This document shows positions 23,261-36,860 of a stretch of DNA of 64,000 nucleotides, piece after piece. Source of the stretch: Chiloscyllium plagiosum (Eukaryota); NCBI RefSeq assembly GCF_004010195.1, contig NC_057751.1, positions 4,658,161-4,722,160 of the forward strand. Reading direction: 5' to 3'. A model generated the notes under the pieces. That model worked only from the letters and a program-made list of their open reading frames with translations, did no database searches and was not told where the DNA came from. The translations under genes were made by a program, and so were the position numbers. How positions within the stretch are numbered: the stretch's first letter is position 1; every line of letters starts with the position of its first letter.

Positions 23261-24458
23261 GAGTATCAAAGCCAGACTAAAGGATATCCGGGTCAATCAC
23301 TCCTTGACAGTGGCAAATGAGAAATGAGAAAAGAGGACAGAGTTCATTACCTGGGTTTTCGTGAACAGAATATTGTCAAGTGTCTAGTCAAAAGATCAAG
23401 TGTTGGTACTGACACTGACTCTGGGTTCCACGGGAATGTGGGATCAGGAGGGGGACATCGGCATTTGCTGTATTTGCATCTACATCTGCCAGCAGAGACT
23501 TTGTGTTCACGATATCCATTTCTGTCCAAGTGCAAACTGTCAGGATACAGGAAGTGCACACAGGTGGGACCGAGGGGGGAATATTTCTCATACATGGCTC
23601 CAACAAATCCCACCTGTTCAAGGGACACACTCGTGTTTCAAATACCTGGATTGTGATTTCCAGGAAACTATTCCCATCCCAAGTGAAAGAGGGAAACAGA
23701 GGTCTGGTGGAATACTCTCTTGCTAAAACACATAGTTCAGCACAAACCACATTTCATAACAGTATGCAGGAACAGAACATATCAGCTCAAAACATTTCAA
23801 TCCAGATTACATTTCAAGCTCTACTGACAGCACAGGGACTGCAGTGGTTCAACAGGGCAACTCACCACCACCTCCTCAAAAGGCAACTAGACAAGGGCAA
23901 TAAATGTTGGCCCAGACTGAATTTTTAAGAAAGTTTAAGATGGTGAGCACTGAACCAAGTGCATTCACAACTGCTAAAGATGATTCAAAATTTTGTTTGC
24001 CAAAATGTATCTCTCATTGCTCATCTTTCATCCCAGGGGACACTGGAAATAATGAAGATTCCAAAAGGAGATTAACAAATTTAAATTCCAATTTGGTCAG
24101 GGGGTCTGATTCTGACCTACGGCCCTGATGTGTCCACTGGTTGTCGGGGGGATGCCTTGGAATTTGCCCAGTCTTGAGAGATATGCACTTTAGCTTCTTC
24201 AGTAAACAGCACTCTTCAGTTGTGTCCCTCAGCAACACAATTAACAGGCCACTGAAAGCCATGTTCCTGTAAAGTTCTCCCTTCAAAGTGTTTGTCCAAC
24301 TTCCCTTTCAAAGTTCCAAGTGATTCTGGACCCACCAGTCTTTCACAGTGTGCATTCCACAACACAGCTATTTACTGAGTGAAAAAAGTGAACACTCAAC
24401 TCTCTACTTCCTTTTCGAACCCTAAATTACCTGTATCCTTGGAGCACTGACCTTTCTG

Positions 24459-24627
24459 GGGGAAAGTGAGGAGTGCAGATGCTGGAGATCAGAGTCAAGT
24501 TGTGTGGTGCTGGAAAAGCACAGCAGGTCAGGCAGCATCTGGGGAGCGGGAGAATTGACGTTTCGGGCAAAAGCCCTTCATCAGGTATCCTGCCAGACCT
24601 GCTGTCCTTTGCCAGCACCACACTCTC
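24459..24627. mobile_element. Inverted mini PLE pLTR insertion (family A)
   Basis: TSD AGCACTGACCTTTCTG (24443-24458, 24628-24643); minus arm carries the core CUGAUGAAGGGCUUUUGCCCGAAACGUC (24584-24557). Confidence 0.85.
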
Positions 24628-26509
24628 AGCACTGACCTTTCTGACTGATTATCTTTTACTCCGCATTTACTCTCTCATCATACTTTTAAATTTTGAGCAC
24701 TTTGATGAAATTTCCCCTCAATCTTTGGTCATTCTCTTGTCATTAATTTGTATATCTCTAAAGGCAGGACCTCATGTCTCTCTCCAGCACTTGATGGTCA
24801 AGGATGATGTGTCTTTCCTTCCAAGGATGATGTGCTCATACAGTAGACAAGTAAGTGGAGTACTGACCTGTTAATCTTTCTACTACAGGCAGGAAGAAAG
24901 GTGGCCATTCAGCCCAGTAATGGAGCCTCTGCTATCAGTGCCCACATCGTAGCATGTTGTCACACCAGTTCCAAGTCCAGGACAACAAACCTCCGCCAAT
25001 CTTCAGTCTTCCGAGGATACCAATCCAAGCTCTCCTATGTCCACATCAATGAGGAGCCTCACCCCATTCAGGTCAATATCATTGACACCTGCCAGGCCAT
25101 AGATTTGGAGTGTTCCTCAGGTCAGCTGCTTGGAATTCGTCTGAGGGCAAACTAGGGATTTAAGAAGCTTCACTCAAACTTATCTTCCTTTCATCTTCCT
25201 TTCTTCCTCCCAGGGAGATATTTTTAAAACCCCAGGTAAGCATGCTTTGTCAACAAAAGCACCTCGCTCTTTTCCACCAGTGACTGCTGCTTCAAGCCCT
25301 CAGACCTGACCTCACTCTGGGATAAATCTTGTTCATGGGAAACAGCTGTCAGAAGGTTCAGATATTTTTACTCAATGCTTGACGTGTCTCTGCATGGTTT
25401 TTTTCAGCTCATTACACCGGTCACCTCCAAAAATTGATCACAAAACAAAATACCTCCACAAAAGATGTGGGTGGAAGAAGAGGAAATAAATGAGTGAAAA
25501 TATTAAATTTCAACGATTCTATGAAGTTTCCATTGGATAAAAGAACCAAAGCTTCAAAATCTCTTGTCTCAGCTCACATATTCACGCAAAACTGATTCCT
25601 TGAATCTTGAAGGTGCTAAGTCAAGGCAATGGTTTTTGTGTCCTGAGAAAGACTGAACTTGTCTGAAGACTTGTCACGAGCTAGTTTTATCAGGACTGGT
25701 TGGAATCCTCTGACAGGTTTAAAAGAGGCACAGCTTTGTAGCATTATCTGGTTACAATGGCCTAACAGAAGATATGACTGTATCCTTTTATTTTTTTTGT
25801 TCGAGACATAACCCCTGTTCCCCTGGAATACACCAAATTCCCTTTTGCAAGCAACTCGTGGAGGAGCTCAGACTTGCATGTCACTAACATTGTCATCAGC
25901 AGCACATGGGAGGACTGGAGGATGTCTGATCCCAAGTGCAAATTTATTTTCTTCACTTTCAGGATGTCGATATTGTAGGTGCAGCTTTACCCAGCCCTGA
26001 GATGTATTGGTCGCTGCAGTTAGATACAACTTGCTCTGCTACTTCTAAAGGGAACTGTGAGTTACCTTCTAACACAGGAGAGGAGTGAGATCCGATAAGG
26101 ACAGCAGGCTTACTTTGCCAATGAGCTCTGGGGGTATCTTCTGACACTCTGGTAGTCACAACGATCTCTCTGCATCTCACCTTGCCAATGTTTCAGAGGG
26201 GCAAAGATATTTTAAACAAAACCCAACCACCGAAAAGAAGAACTAGCCCTGTGCAGCTCACATTGGATGTTGTGGTTGCAAATCGAGCTGTCTGATGTGA
26301 CACACAGTCAAAGCCACAGGGGCTCCTAGAGATTGTCATCCAGAACTCCGACAAATACAGCTGAGTCCTGAATGGCATGTGAGATGATTCACCTCGGGAT
26401 TGAGGTCACTGTGAAAAATGCTCCCTCCTTCGGTGTTGCCACAGGATGAGTTTGTGCCAGCTCCCTTCCACTCTATCAGGCAAAATGAATTGTCCAAACC
26501 TACATCGAC

Positions 26510-27075
26510 ACATCTTGCCTTTCCACACTAAAACTGCCTTTCCTGACAGGATCCGTATCCCTCTATTCCCTTCCTATTCATGTACTTGTCCAGGTGCTTC
26601 TTGAATGCTGCTATTGTGCCTGCTTCCACCACTTCCTCTGGCAGCACGTACCAGGCACTCACCACCTTTGTGTGAAAAACCTGCCTCGCACATCCCTTTT
26701 AAACTTGCCCCACCCCACCCCACCCCACCACTGTACATTAAACCCGTGTCCTGAGTAATTGACCCCTCTAGCCTGGGAAAAAGCCTCACACCTTCCACTC
26801 TATCCATGCCATTCACAATCTTTTAACATTCTAACAGGTTGTCCCTCAACCTCCTCCGATCCAATGAAAACAAACCCAATCTATCCAACCTTTCCTCACA
26901 GCTAACATCCCCCATACCAGGGAACATCCTGGTAAACCTTAACTGTACCCTCTCCAAAGCATCCACGGTAGCACGGTAGTGTGGTAACCAGAACTGTACA
27001 CAATATTCCAAGTGTGGTCTAAGTAAAGTTCAGTAAAGCTGCAGCATTACTGCCACCTTCAGTGATCTGTGGACC
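26510..27075 (-). mobile_element. CR1/HER1 LINE 3' fragment
   Basis: Minus ORF LEYCVQFWLPHYRATVDALERVQLRFTRMFPGMG. Confidence 0.88.
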
Positions 27076-28034
27076 TGCACACCTAGATTAATTCCTGCAC
27101 AGGACTAGGTTGGTGCAACCAAAGATGACTTTCAAAATTGCAGACACTGATGAGAATATTCAGTGTTGGTGGTCCTGAAATTCCAGTGGAGAACACATTT
27201 GCTGAGCATGGAGGTGACCACAGCTCAGTCTAACTCCGGATCACTGGTTTTGCACACTTCCCTTCACCGGCCTTTTGTCCAGGTCATAAATGGGGAATAA
27301 AAGATTATTTTAAGGCAACAGAGAATAAATCTGTGGCTTTGAATTTTTCTCAGCTCATGGCAAACAGTAACTTTTGGGTGAAAGGCTGGAAACAGAACAG
27401 ACACTGCAATAAAACCTCTGCAAAACAAGCAAATGACCCGCAGTTTCACTGGTCTGTGCACGGCTTTTTAAAAAATGCCAAGTGATTCACTTTTGCGAAT
27501 GAGGCACTCAGGAAAATCTCCTCATCATCAGAGATGACTCCCCAGTGAACAATGGAAGAGCCAAAAAATGACAATGTCTTGTGTCAGAACAGGCATCACC
27601 TCAAGTGACTCAGCCCTTCAGCCATGCCTCATCCATCTTCAAAACTGGCCTGCTCAACTCTGCCAATAAAAACTCACTCCCCTGTCACAGCAAGTCCTTC
27701 ACATCACCAGCAATCATTTCCAAGTGGGAATTACATTCCACAAACTTCACAGGTGAAGAAGCCACAGATAAAGCAGTTTCATCCAGCAGGATCTGTCTCT
27801 CGGTGTGCATTCCCTGCCACCAGCACTGACCGAACCATCCCTTTGATGTGCTGCTCACTACCCCAGTGAGGTTGCACTATTGGAGTTGACCTCACCCTGC
27901 CCTACATGCCTGTCAATCACCAGTGCAACACAACCTGAGCTCGCACCCCCGCCCACCACCAAGCCCGGAATCTGCTCCTGTCCCCGTCCTTCAAGAATGC
28001 AGAACACCTTTCTCCTACACTGTTCTGGTGAAAA

Positions 28035-28240
28035 TTGAATTTGGGAGTTAAGATTGCAGTGATTGTTGTAAAAACCCCATCTGGTTCAGTGATGCCTTTT
28101 AGGGAAGGGAATCTATCACCCTTACCCTGTCTGGCCTACACGTTACTCCACAGCCACAGCAATGTGGTGTACTCTTTACTGTCCTATCAGCAATTTAGGA
28201 TGGGCAACAAATGTTGGCCTTGCCAACAATGAACGAATCA
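28035..28240 (+). mobile_element. Second-family SINE 3' part
   Basis: Matches 17650-17840. Confidence 0.6.
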
Positions 28241-28665
28241 GGAAGACTGGAGGATAGGCACACTCTTGAGGCAATAAAATATTTCCAAATGAAGAGACAG
28301 ACGTTTTGAACATTGGTTGTACCCATCAGACTGTGGAAAGAAAGCTGAAAACTCATGACAGCTGGAAGCACATCCTCTCATAAGGCTCTGGCGTGAAGGC
28401 TGAGACTACTTCAAGAGCAGGACATCCAAAGCAAGACAAAGGGCCAGACAGCAAAAGCTTTGGTCTTTTGGTTGGGGAGAAGCAAGCCTGTGTGTTTCAT
28501 GTCAACTGAAGAATAGTAATGATGCCAGCGCTGTGAGTTTAATTCTAGGTGGAAACTCTTCACAAACAACTCGACCATTCCTCTGGCACATAAGCAACAT
28601 CCAAGAATGCAGAACCTGAAAACAGAAAATACCGGTGATTAGGCAGCATTCATGGAGAGAAAGCA

Positions 28666-28704
28666 AGCTAACGTTTCGAGTCTGCATGACTCTTCATCAG
28701 AGCT
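28666..28704 (-). ncRNA. Intact minimal hammerhead ribozyme (family B)
   Basis: AGCU-CUGAUGA-A-GAGUC(AUGCA)GACUC-GAAA-CGUU/AGCU: perfect stems I and II, ACGU palindrome, GUU triplet. Confidence 0.78.
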
Positions 28705-30999
28705 GACATGAAGCTGAAGTGTAGAGCCTGCCTTGCTCTTGTGATTGTAGATTCCACCCGACACACCTTACTGTTGAACAGAAACCCTCCCATTCTTTCA
28801 GCGTCAGAAGGTCAGGTGTGCTGGGCAGCACCATGCACTGAGACACATGAAAATCAGCAGACGAAGAGCCAGATCCAAACTTCATCCTACGTGGTAAGAG
28901 CGCCCAGGCTTTTCATCCTTTAACAACTGGCTGGGTGGAAAGGAATGGTGCGACAAATGAAAGAGGGAAAAGGGTTGGCAAATAATAACTGGAAAGACAG
29001 AAGCGACATAATGTGGAAGGCTGAAATGTAATAAAGAAACAAAGTGCTGGAGAAACTCAGCTGGTCTGGCAGTGTCTGGAGAGATGAGCAGAGTTTTGAA
29101 TCTGACATGAGTGTTCATTGGAAAAACTTCACTTTTTATGACCTCGGATGTCCCAACCTGCTTTACAGCCAGTGGAGTACCGTTTCAATTGTGGTGATTG
29201 TTGTCATGTCAAAAATGGAATGACCAATTTGCAGACAGCTACAGAATGATAAACAGAGAATGTGTATCAGTGGTATTGACCAAGGAGGCAGAGAGAATTC
29301 CCTTGTTCTTCATCAAAATATATACCCTGGACTGTTTTCGGTCCATGTGAGAGAGGATCAGTTCAACACGCATCTGAAAGACGGGAGATTGAGAGAGAAG
29401 AGAAAAGACACAGTTGAGAAACAAAGATAAACAGAAACAGATACAACAGTGTCATGTTACAAGTCTTTTCTCCTGATCAGTTATGTTTTGTTCTCTTCTA
29501 AATGCTGCCGCACTTCATGAGCTGGCTTCTGAGTTGAGGTTTCCATTGATTGCTCCACCATCGCGTGTGTTGGAGGGAAAATATCTGAGAGGCAGAGAAA
29601 TGAGGTTTTGGGAAACGCTGGTAACAGCCTGGCTGCTCAGAGGCATTTGGCCTTTTAACATGATCAGAAAGAAGGTCAGCATTCCACATCAGAAAGGAGG
29701 CTGGCACAAAGTCAGTCCCCTCAGGGACAAAGGTAATGATGGCAAATGAGTCATATCGAAATGGCAATGTGACTACAAATTGGATGGAGCCTGTCAAGCA
29801 ACTGATTGACAAGCGAGCACAGGCTCACATCCAACAAATGGCTTTGGCTCAGATCCACATCGCAAAGTGGGACAATTACAAAATATTTCATTTTATTCCT
29901 TTCGACTGACTCAAGAAACAGTCATAACAACTGAGGGGAGCGGGTTGGGGGATCTGATGACGCCATGAAACCACAAGATCACAGCTTGAGTGGTTTTACA
30001 GTAACTTTCAGACCTTGAGATTTTGCATCAGTGATTTATATGGCTTGCTGGCAGATGAACAAACATACAATGCAACAAATCTCATCACGCTTGGAGAGGT
30101 CCCTGTAAAGCCACTTCAACTCCAGGCACCAGTGAAACAAAGGCCCCCAGAGTTAAAAGGCCAGCATCTTGTCGAGAGAAGCTTCAGCCAATCTTTTAAC
30201 TGGGCAGTCACTGTACAGTGAGAATAGAAAGGCGATTTCTCCTTCCTCTCTGGCAGTCCCTCAGGATTGAGGAAAAGTTGACTCCAATCCGATTGGATGG
30301 TTTGTGTGAGATGGCGAATGAGACCTGATGACCTGCCACATGTGGGGTCAGAAGGGTCAGCCAGATGGGTTGTGGAGCTCTGTGCCTCCTCGCTGTCAAC
30401 TTGCGTTTCACATTCCTGACCAAGTCTCCTCATGAGAGTCACCTCCAATCAAGCTTCTCATTCTGGCCATTGACAGCCACCAGTGGAAGGTGGGGGTGTG
30501 ATGCAGGAGGTTAACCCCTCCAGGGCATGTTCTGAACACATCCTGAACGTTTTTCCACCTGACTCCTGAATGTGCCGTGCCATAAGCGAGCTGCTGCACA
30601 CAATCTGATGCCAGGCACACAAACATGCTCAGAGAAGTTCAGACTGCTTCAGAATGTTCTGAAGAAGACTCATACTGGACTTAAAATGCAAACTCTGTTT
30701 TTCTCTCTCTCTCTCTCTCTCTCTCCACACATTGCTGAACCTGCTGAGTATCTCTCACCATTCTGTGTATTTGTTTCAGATTTCCAGCATCTGCAGATTT
30801 TGTCTATGCAATCAACTCGTCCCAGTGAGAGATTTTTCACCATGAGGTGCTGTGAATGACTCTTGGTTCTGCACCCCTGCAAACAACTTGCTCTGTTGTA
30901 TGATTAATGGCCATTGTTCAGACTTTTAGATGAACCTCTGGTGCAGTTCTGACAGAGTGCTTATCCGAAAGTCCCTTCAAAGTCCCATAGATGCCCCTA

Positions 31000-31470
31000 T
31001 TGTAGCCGCCTCCAACACCACCCTTGGCAGCGCATTCCAGACTCCTACCACTCTGTGTAAAAAAACTTGCACCTCACATCTCCTTTGAACTTTCCCTCTC
31101 TCACCTTAAATGCATGCCCTCTAGTATTAGATATTTCAACTCTGGGAAAAAGATTCGGATCGTCAACCCTATCTATGCATCTCAAAATTCTCCTGTCAGC
31201 CCCTACTACTCCAGAGAAACCAACCTGAGTTATTCTAGCCTCTCTTTTTTGCTCATATACTCTATTACAGGCAGCATGCTGGCAAACCTCTGGCAACCAG
31301 AATTGAATGCAATATTCTAAATGTGGCCTCACCAAAGTTGCAACATGACATCCTGACACTTCAATCCCAGATTGAAAAAGGCAAGCATGCTATATGCTTT
31401 TTTTACCACCCTATCTACTTGTGTGGTCACTTTCAGGGGGTGATGGACTTGAACCCCATTCCCCTCTGTA
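31000..31470 (-). mobile_element. CR1 LINE 3' fragment
   Basis: Minus ORF LVRPHLEYCIQFWLP...TRGHAFKVREGKFKGDVR. Confidence 0.8.
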
Positions 31471-34400
31471 CATCATTCAGACATTCTGCTGCACTGTCAG
31501 CACATAGATAAAATCCCCAAATCCTCCCAGGGTTCAATAGGTGCCTGTATGACTCCTGCAGTGACATATCAAAGTCCTCTGACTGCATCTGCTCAGCACT
31601 CAAACTGATTTTCACAGGCAAGCCAACCCCCAATCAGGACCTTGGTCTTTAATTCACTGTTGGGCCTCGCTCTTCAATCAAGGAGTTCAAATCTTCCTAC
31701 CCTCCCGAGAGTCCTGAATGATTATTCCTCACTAGTCATGTAAACTGCTCTGACATGGACATGCTTTCTCGGCAACCTGCTCAGAGATGTTTTGATATGT
31801 CACAGGAGGAAGTGGGACTTGAACCCCGGGCCTCCTAGTTCAAAGGTTGGGATGCTCTTATTCTGCCACAAGAACTTGCCAGTGTTCTTCATGTCATCTA
31901 TTCTTAATAAGCCATTTTCTTAACTAAGAACAGGTGCCTCTTCTATTCAGACTCATCAGAGGTCTATCCTCAACCAGTGGCTCGTAAATGGACCCTCCAC
32001 TGAGTATAGAGAAAGGTGGCATAAACATTAAACCCTGTGCTGCAACCTGACAGAGGCATCAGATCCGAAAAGGTGGCAGCAAATGGCAGTCAGGAGAAAC
32101 ACACCCTCACAACCTTCACACTGGACAATCAGCTACTGCTTGGCAGTCTTCTCAGTCCTGATCTCTGGATGAAAAAGGTGACATTTCTGAGTTTTATTCA
32201 GGCACATTACAGAGTGGAACAAAGTCAGGGAGATGACAGTCATCACACTGGGAAACGACCCAGCAACTGCGTGCCTGCTCTCCAAAACCAGCACTGACAG
32301 ACAAGGTCTGCCTCACAACAATCGCATGTCAGGTTCTGGCCAGGGTTCACAATGTAAATGTTAAACATTTCAGCTCAAAGCCATGGCAACAAGTGTCCAA
32401 CACTTTGTGGAATGTGAACTTGTGCAGCTCAAGGAGAAAGGAAAGAGGCAAGATTCAGATCCACCTTGTGCCTTACCTATATTGTACAAAAACCTGGAAG
32501 CCTTCTGACAATAGATGATTTTGGTATGTAATGAGGATCCTCACATGGAAACAACAGCACTCAGTGAGCACAGAAAGATCCCACAAAGAGAAATAAAGTG
32601 GCTTTCAAACAAGACTACTCAGCATTTCCAGCTGTTTCTGTTCTCCATTTCAGATTCACTCACTCACCTACTTCTTGAACAATGGTCAAGGGAGGAGTGT
32701 TGGCCAGGAGACCGGGCAGTCAGAGAGTCATTGGGGTGCAGAAAGAGGCCATTCTTGCCTTCAGTGCCAATGCAAGAAGGCTGGAGAACTGATCATATCT
32801 GCACTCCTTTTTCCCAACATCAGGAGAGAGGGAGAGGAGAGGGGAGGATCTCTACTGGAAATTGACCAGGTAGTCCAAGCAAACATTTCCATACAACTTT
32901 TCAAAAGCAAAAGCAAATTCTCACTTTTTGAACAAGCAGTCACCTTTTGTAACCCTAGCTGACCCTTCCCAATATGTTCCAGTTTATCCAGTCGATTGCA
33001 GAAGGACACTGACATGAAACAAAGCTACGAGAGTGATTAAGTTCAAGGAGGGCAGGCTGTTGTAGGAGAAGTACACTTGGCCTGTTCCCTTGAGCTTTCT
33101 CACAAGTTAGCCTCATCATGAAGAGAAGTGGACAACCTTGAGTGGGCAAGACAATTTGAGATTTTGCTGGGCCTTCATGTGAAGGATGAATCAGGCTTTT
33201 TCCCATTTCTATGCTGTCACTTTGGTTGCAATTTCAGCTGTTTACTGATCTGATACCCCTGCCTTCCTGGAATCAATGATTCCAAACTTGAAGAGCGGCC
33301 ATTCTGCCCACAGTGCCACTACTCTCTCTTCGGTGTACCTGTCCAATTAGTTCCCTGGACTTTCCCCAGTACCCTGTAAGTCCCTTCCCTTCACCTTCTT
33401 TTTGAATGTTACGAGTGTATCTGCTTGTACCACCCTTTCAAAACGCAAAATCTTGCAACACACAACAAACAAATAAACATTCCCTGTCCTCCTCTTATCT
33501 CTGCTATGTTTGCCAGTGGTTTTATATCTGCACCTTCTGTCAGTGCAAACATACCCTCCTCGTTTACGCTGCGGAAAACCCTTCGGTAGTTCTGAGCATC
33601 TCTCTTCATCACCTTTCACTTGGGCTCAAAAGTTCCTCTGCATCTTCTCGTTACGTCATAACACATGGTGCCCAGCATTGAGCACAGTCACCCAGGTGAG
33701 TACCAAGCTGCACACTTTCTGAGAGTTCAGTGTCACCTCCTTGCCAACCCCTGAACACAGGAGTGAGGAGAAGATGGTGGTGCTTTTACACCTTGTACTG
33801 AGTGCGAATCTATCGACTCTGCCTTACACATATCTAAAGGCTCTGCTTTCATTGTCCTTTGAGGAACTGAACTATCTGAGTGCACAGCAGTCTGTGTTAA
33901 AAATATCATGAATGTTCAGCACGAAGGGGGGCCACCCACAACACTGCTTCAGTACACAATTAAACAGTTCGAGGTCAATGGAGACACCAACACAATAAAC
34001 CACTACATCTGCTGGGGAAAACCAACTTTGTACGTGAGGCATGACCAACTTTCAGCATTCATCCACTGCCTCAGCCACACAGTGTCCTTTTGCTGTTACT
34101 AAGTGAGCTTCTCCGGGCAGGGTTTCACACAGGAGTGGTGCAGTGGGGAGATGGGCTAACATTTCCAATGGGCTGGATCTTGGGTATATTTCTGAATGAC
34201 AAGGGTTTGCCATAACAAGCAAATATCAGTTTTAGGAAGGAAATAACCATTCCAAAGCAACAAATGACTCACATAACTGGGTATTTAACAAAATGACCCA
34301 CTCAGCAGCAGATCCCGAGCTCCGGTCTGTTTTGCCTTTTCAGTTCAGAAGTGGAGCTAGAGAGGGAAAAGGGTGATTGTGAAGTCCTGATGACTGGGGA

Positions 34401-34571
34401 ACTGGGTGGGGAGCGGGCCTCAGCTGAGGAGTTCAATTGATCTCCTGCTAATGGCTGCCTTCTGGTGTGGCACACTCAGAGAGAGCTGACATTTGTGGAA
34501 TTGCTACCTCTGCATGACAGACATCTTCTGCACCCGATCTGCAATGTTGCAAAGACCACCCTTTGCTAAAT

Positions 34572-35070
34572 AAGGAAGGATATTATTCAGCTGGAGAGGG
34601 TTCAGAAGAGATTGATCGGAATGTTGCTGGGAATGGAGGGTTTGAGTTATAAGGTGAGACTGGATAGGCTGGGACATTTTTCACTGCAACATAGAAGGTT
34701 GAGAGGTGACCTTATAGAGAGTTATAAAACAATGACAGGTATTGATAAGGTGAATGGCAGGTGTCTTTTCCCTAGGGTGGGTGATTTCACAACTGGGGGC
34801 ATTTTTTAAGGTGAGTGGGGTAAGATTGAAAAAAGACATGAGGGGCAATTTGTTTCCAAGGGAGTGGTTTGTGTGTGGAATGAACTTCCTGTGGAAGTGG
34901 TGAATATGGATAGTTACGATGTATAAAAGACATTTAGATAAGTCCATGAATAAGAAATGTTGGGAGGGATATGTGCCAAGAGCAGGCAGGTGGGCCTCAT
35001 TGAGTTAGGGATTATGGTCAGCATGGACTGGTTGGACGGAAGGATCTGTTTCCACGCTCTATGACTCTAT
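34572..35070 (+). mobile_element. CR1/HER1 LINE 3' end
   Basis: GMEGLSYKVRLDRLGHFSLQHRRLRGDLIESYK; ends ctatgactcta. Confidence 0.88.
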
Positions 35071-36159
35071 AACCATTGGTTCTGGCAGTCATGGTCCCAT
35101 CATTGAACAGTGAATCGCACAAACAACAGGGGATCAGGTAAGTGTGTGTGATTCACAACCCCCAGAGTGTGATGGGGGATTAGACATTCAATCAATCTAA
35201 GGAGGACACAGACAGATTTGTAATTGGTAACAGAGCTGAGAGAGATGCAGAAAAGTGGAGTTGAGCCCGAGGTGAGATCAGCCATGATGGTGCTGAAGGC
35301 AGAACAGACTTGAGGGACCAAATGGCCTACTCCTGCTCCCAGTTGACATGTCGTTAGGATCAAAAGCACAGGCTAGTGTGAGAACTCTTGGAATTGAGAA
35401 CGGGGTGCAGGCTGAGGAACCCAGAAGCAGGCTGCACACCACAGGAGGATAGCCCAGGAAAGTGAGGGGAGGAGAAACTTCCCAGGTCATGGAATACAGT
35501 TAGGGTGTGCATCTTTGGCTGTGAGGAGTGCTCAGAGTTTAGAAATATTTCCAATCATGAGTGGAGCATGCGAAAAAATCTTTCATGTTAACACTGATAG
35601 AAGTGGAAATGCAACAAGGGAGATTTGAGAACACAGATGGTGCTTTTGTTTTTGTCATGCTATGTGGTTCTGGATTCATATCTCTCTGCAGTGGTTTGCA
35701 CTTTAGCCAGAGCTCTGGTCACACAGTGTATGGAAGGAAATGAGAAAGAGAGATAGAAAGAGAGAGAGAGAGAGAGATAGAGAGTTCACCAACCCAAACA
35801 GGGAGAGAAACGCTGGAGAAATACCCACTGTTCTTTCCGAAAGTATAGGGAAATCCTCACAGACAGGACCCCTCAGGAGCAGAGGGAATGCTGATAAGTC
35901 AACAAGAACAGGGAATAGGGTGGCCTACTCCTTGGAGGCGAGAATGTGGTGCTGGTTAAAGCAAAGCAGGTCAGGCAGCATCCAAGGAACAAGACAATCA
36001 ACATTGCAGGTGAAAGCCCTTCAGAAAGTCAGTGCAGGCTGGTTGGGACAAATGGCCTCTATCTGCACTTGAGGGATTCTATGACTCTAAGATCTCACAA
36101 TGAACAAAACTGCTGTCTCTCTCTCTCTCTCTCTCTGTCTCTGCCTTAAAGTCACAGTC

Positions 36160-36860
36160 ATAATATAGAAACAAACCCTTTAGCCAACTCATCCATGCCA
36201 ACGAGATAGCTTAAATAAATCTAGTACCATTTGGCCCATATCCCTCTAAACCCTTCCTATTCATATACCTATCCAGATGCTTTTTAAATGTTGTCACTGT
36301 ACCAGCCTTCACCACTTCCTCTGGCAGCTCCTTCCATCCATGCATCACCCTCTGCGTGAAAACGTTGCCCCTTGGGTCCCTTTTAAATCTTTCTTCTCTC
36401 ACCTTAAATCTATGCTCCTCTAGCTCTGGACTCTCCCACCCCAGGAAAAAGACCTTGTCTATTTGTCCTATCCATATCCCTCATGATTTTATAAACCTCT
36501 TATAAGGTCACCCCTCAGCCTCCAACACTCCAGGGAAAACAGCCCCAGCCTATTCAGCCTCTCCCTATAGCTCAAATCCTCCATCCCTGGCAACACCCTT
36601 GTAAATCTTTTATGAAGCTTCTCAAGTTTACAACATCTTTAGTATAGCTGGTGGACCAGAACTGAATGTAGTATTCCAAAACTGGCCTAACCAATGTCTT
36701 GTACACCCATAACATGACCTCCCAACTCCTATACAAGATGCTCTTGACCAATAAAGCAAAGCATACCAAACACCTTTTTCATCACATTGTCTACTTGCAA
36801 GTCTGCTTTCAAGGAACTATGCACCTGCACTCCAAGGTCTCTGTTCAACAATACTCCCTC
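36160..36860 (-). mobile_element. HER1/CR1 LINE 3' end
   Basis: Minus ORFs YKTLVRPVLEYYIQFWS and WKELPEEVVKAGTVTTFKKHLD. Confidence 0.88.

Noticed and set aside
25963..26057. Plus-strand exon-like segment (DVDIVGAALPSPEMYWSLQL)
   Set aside because: Splice signals are plausible, but there is no recognisable protein or consistent neighbouring exons.
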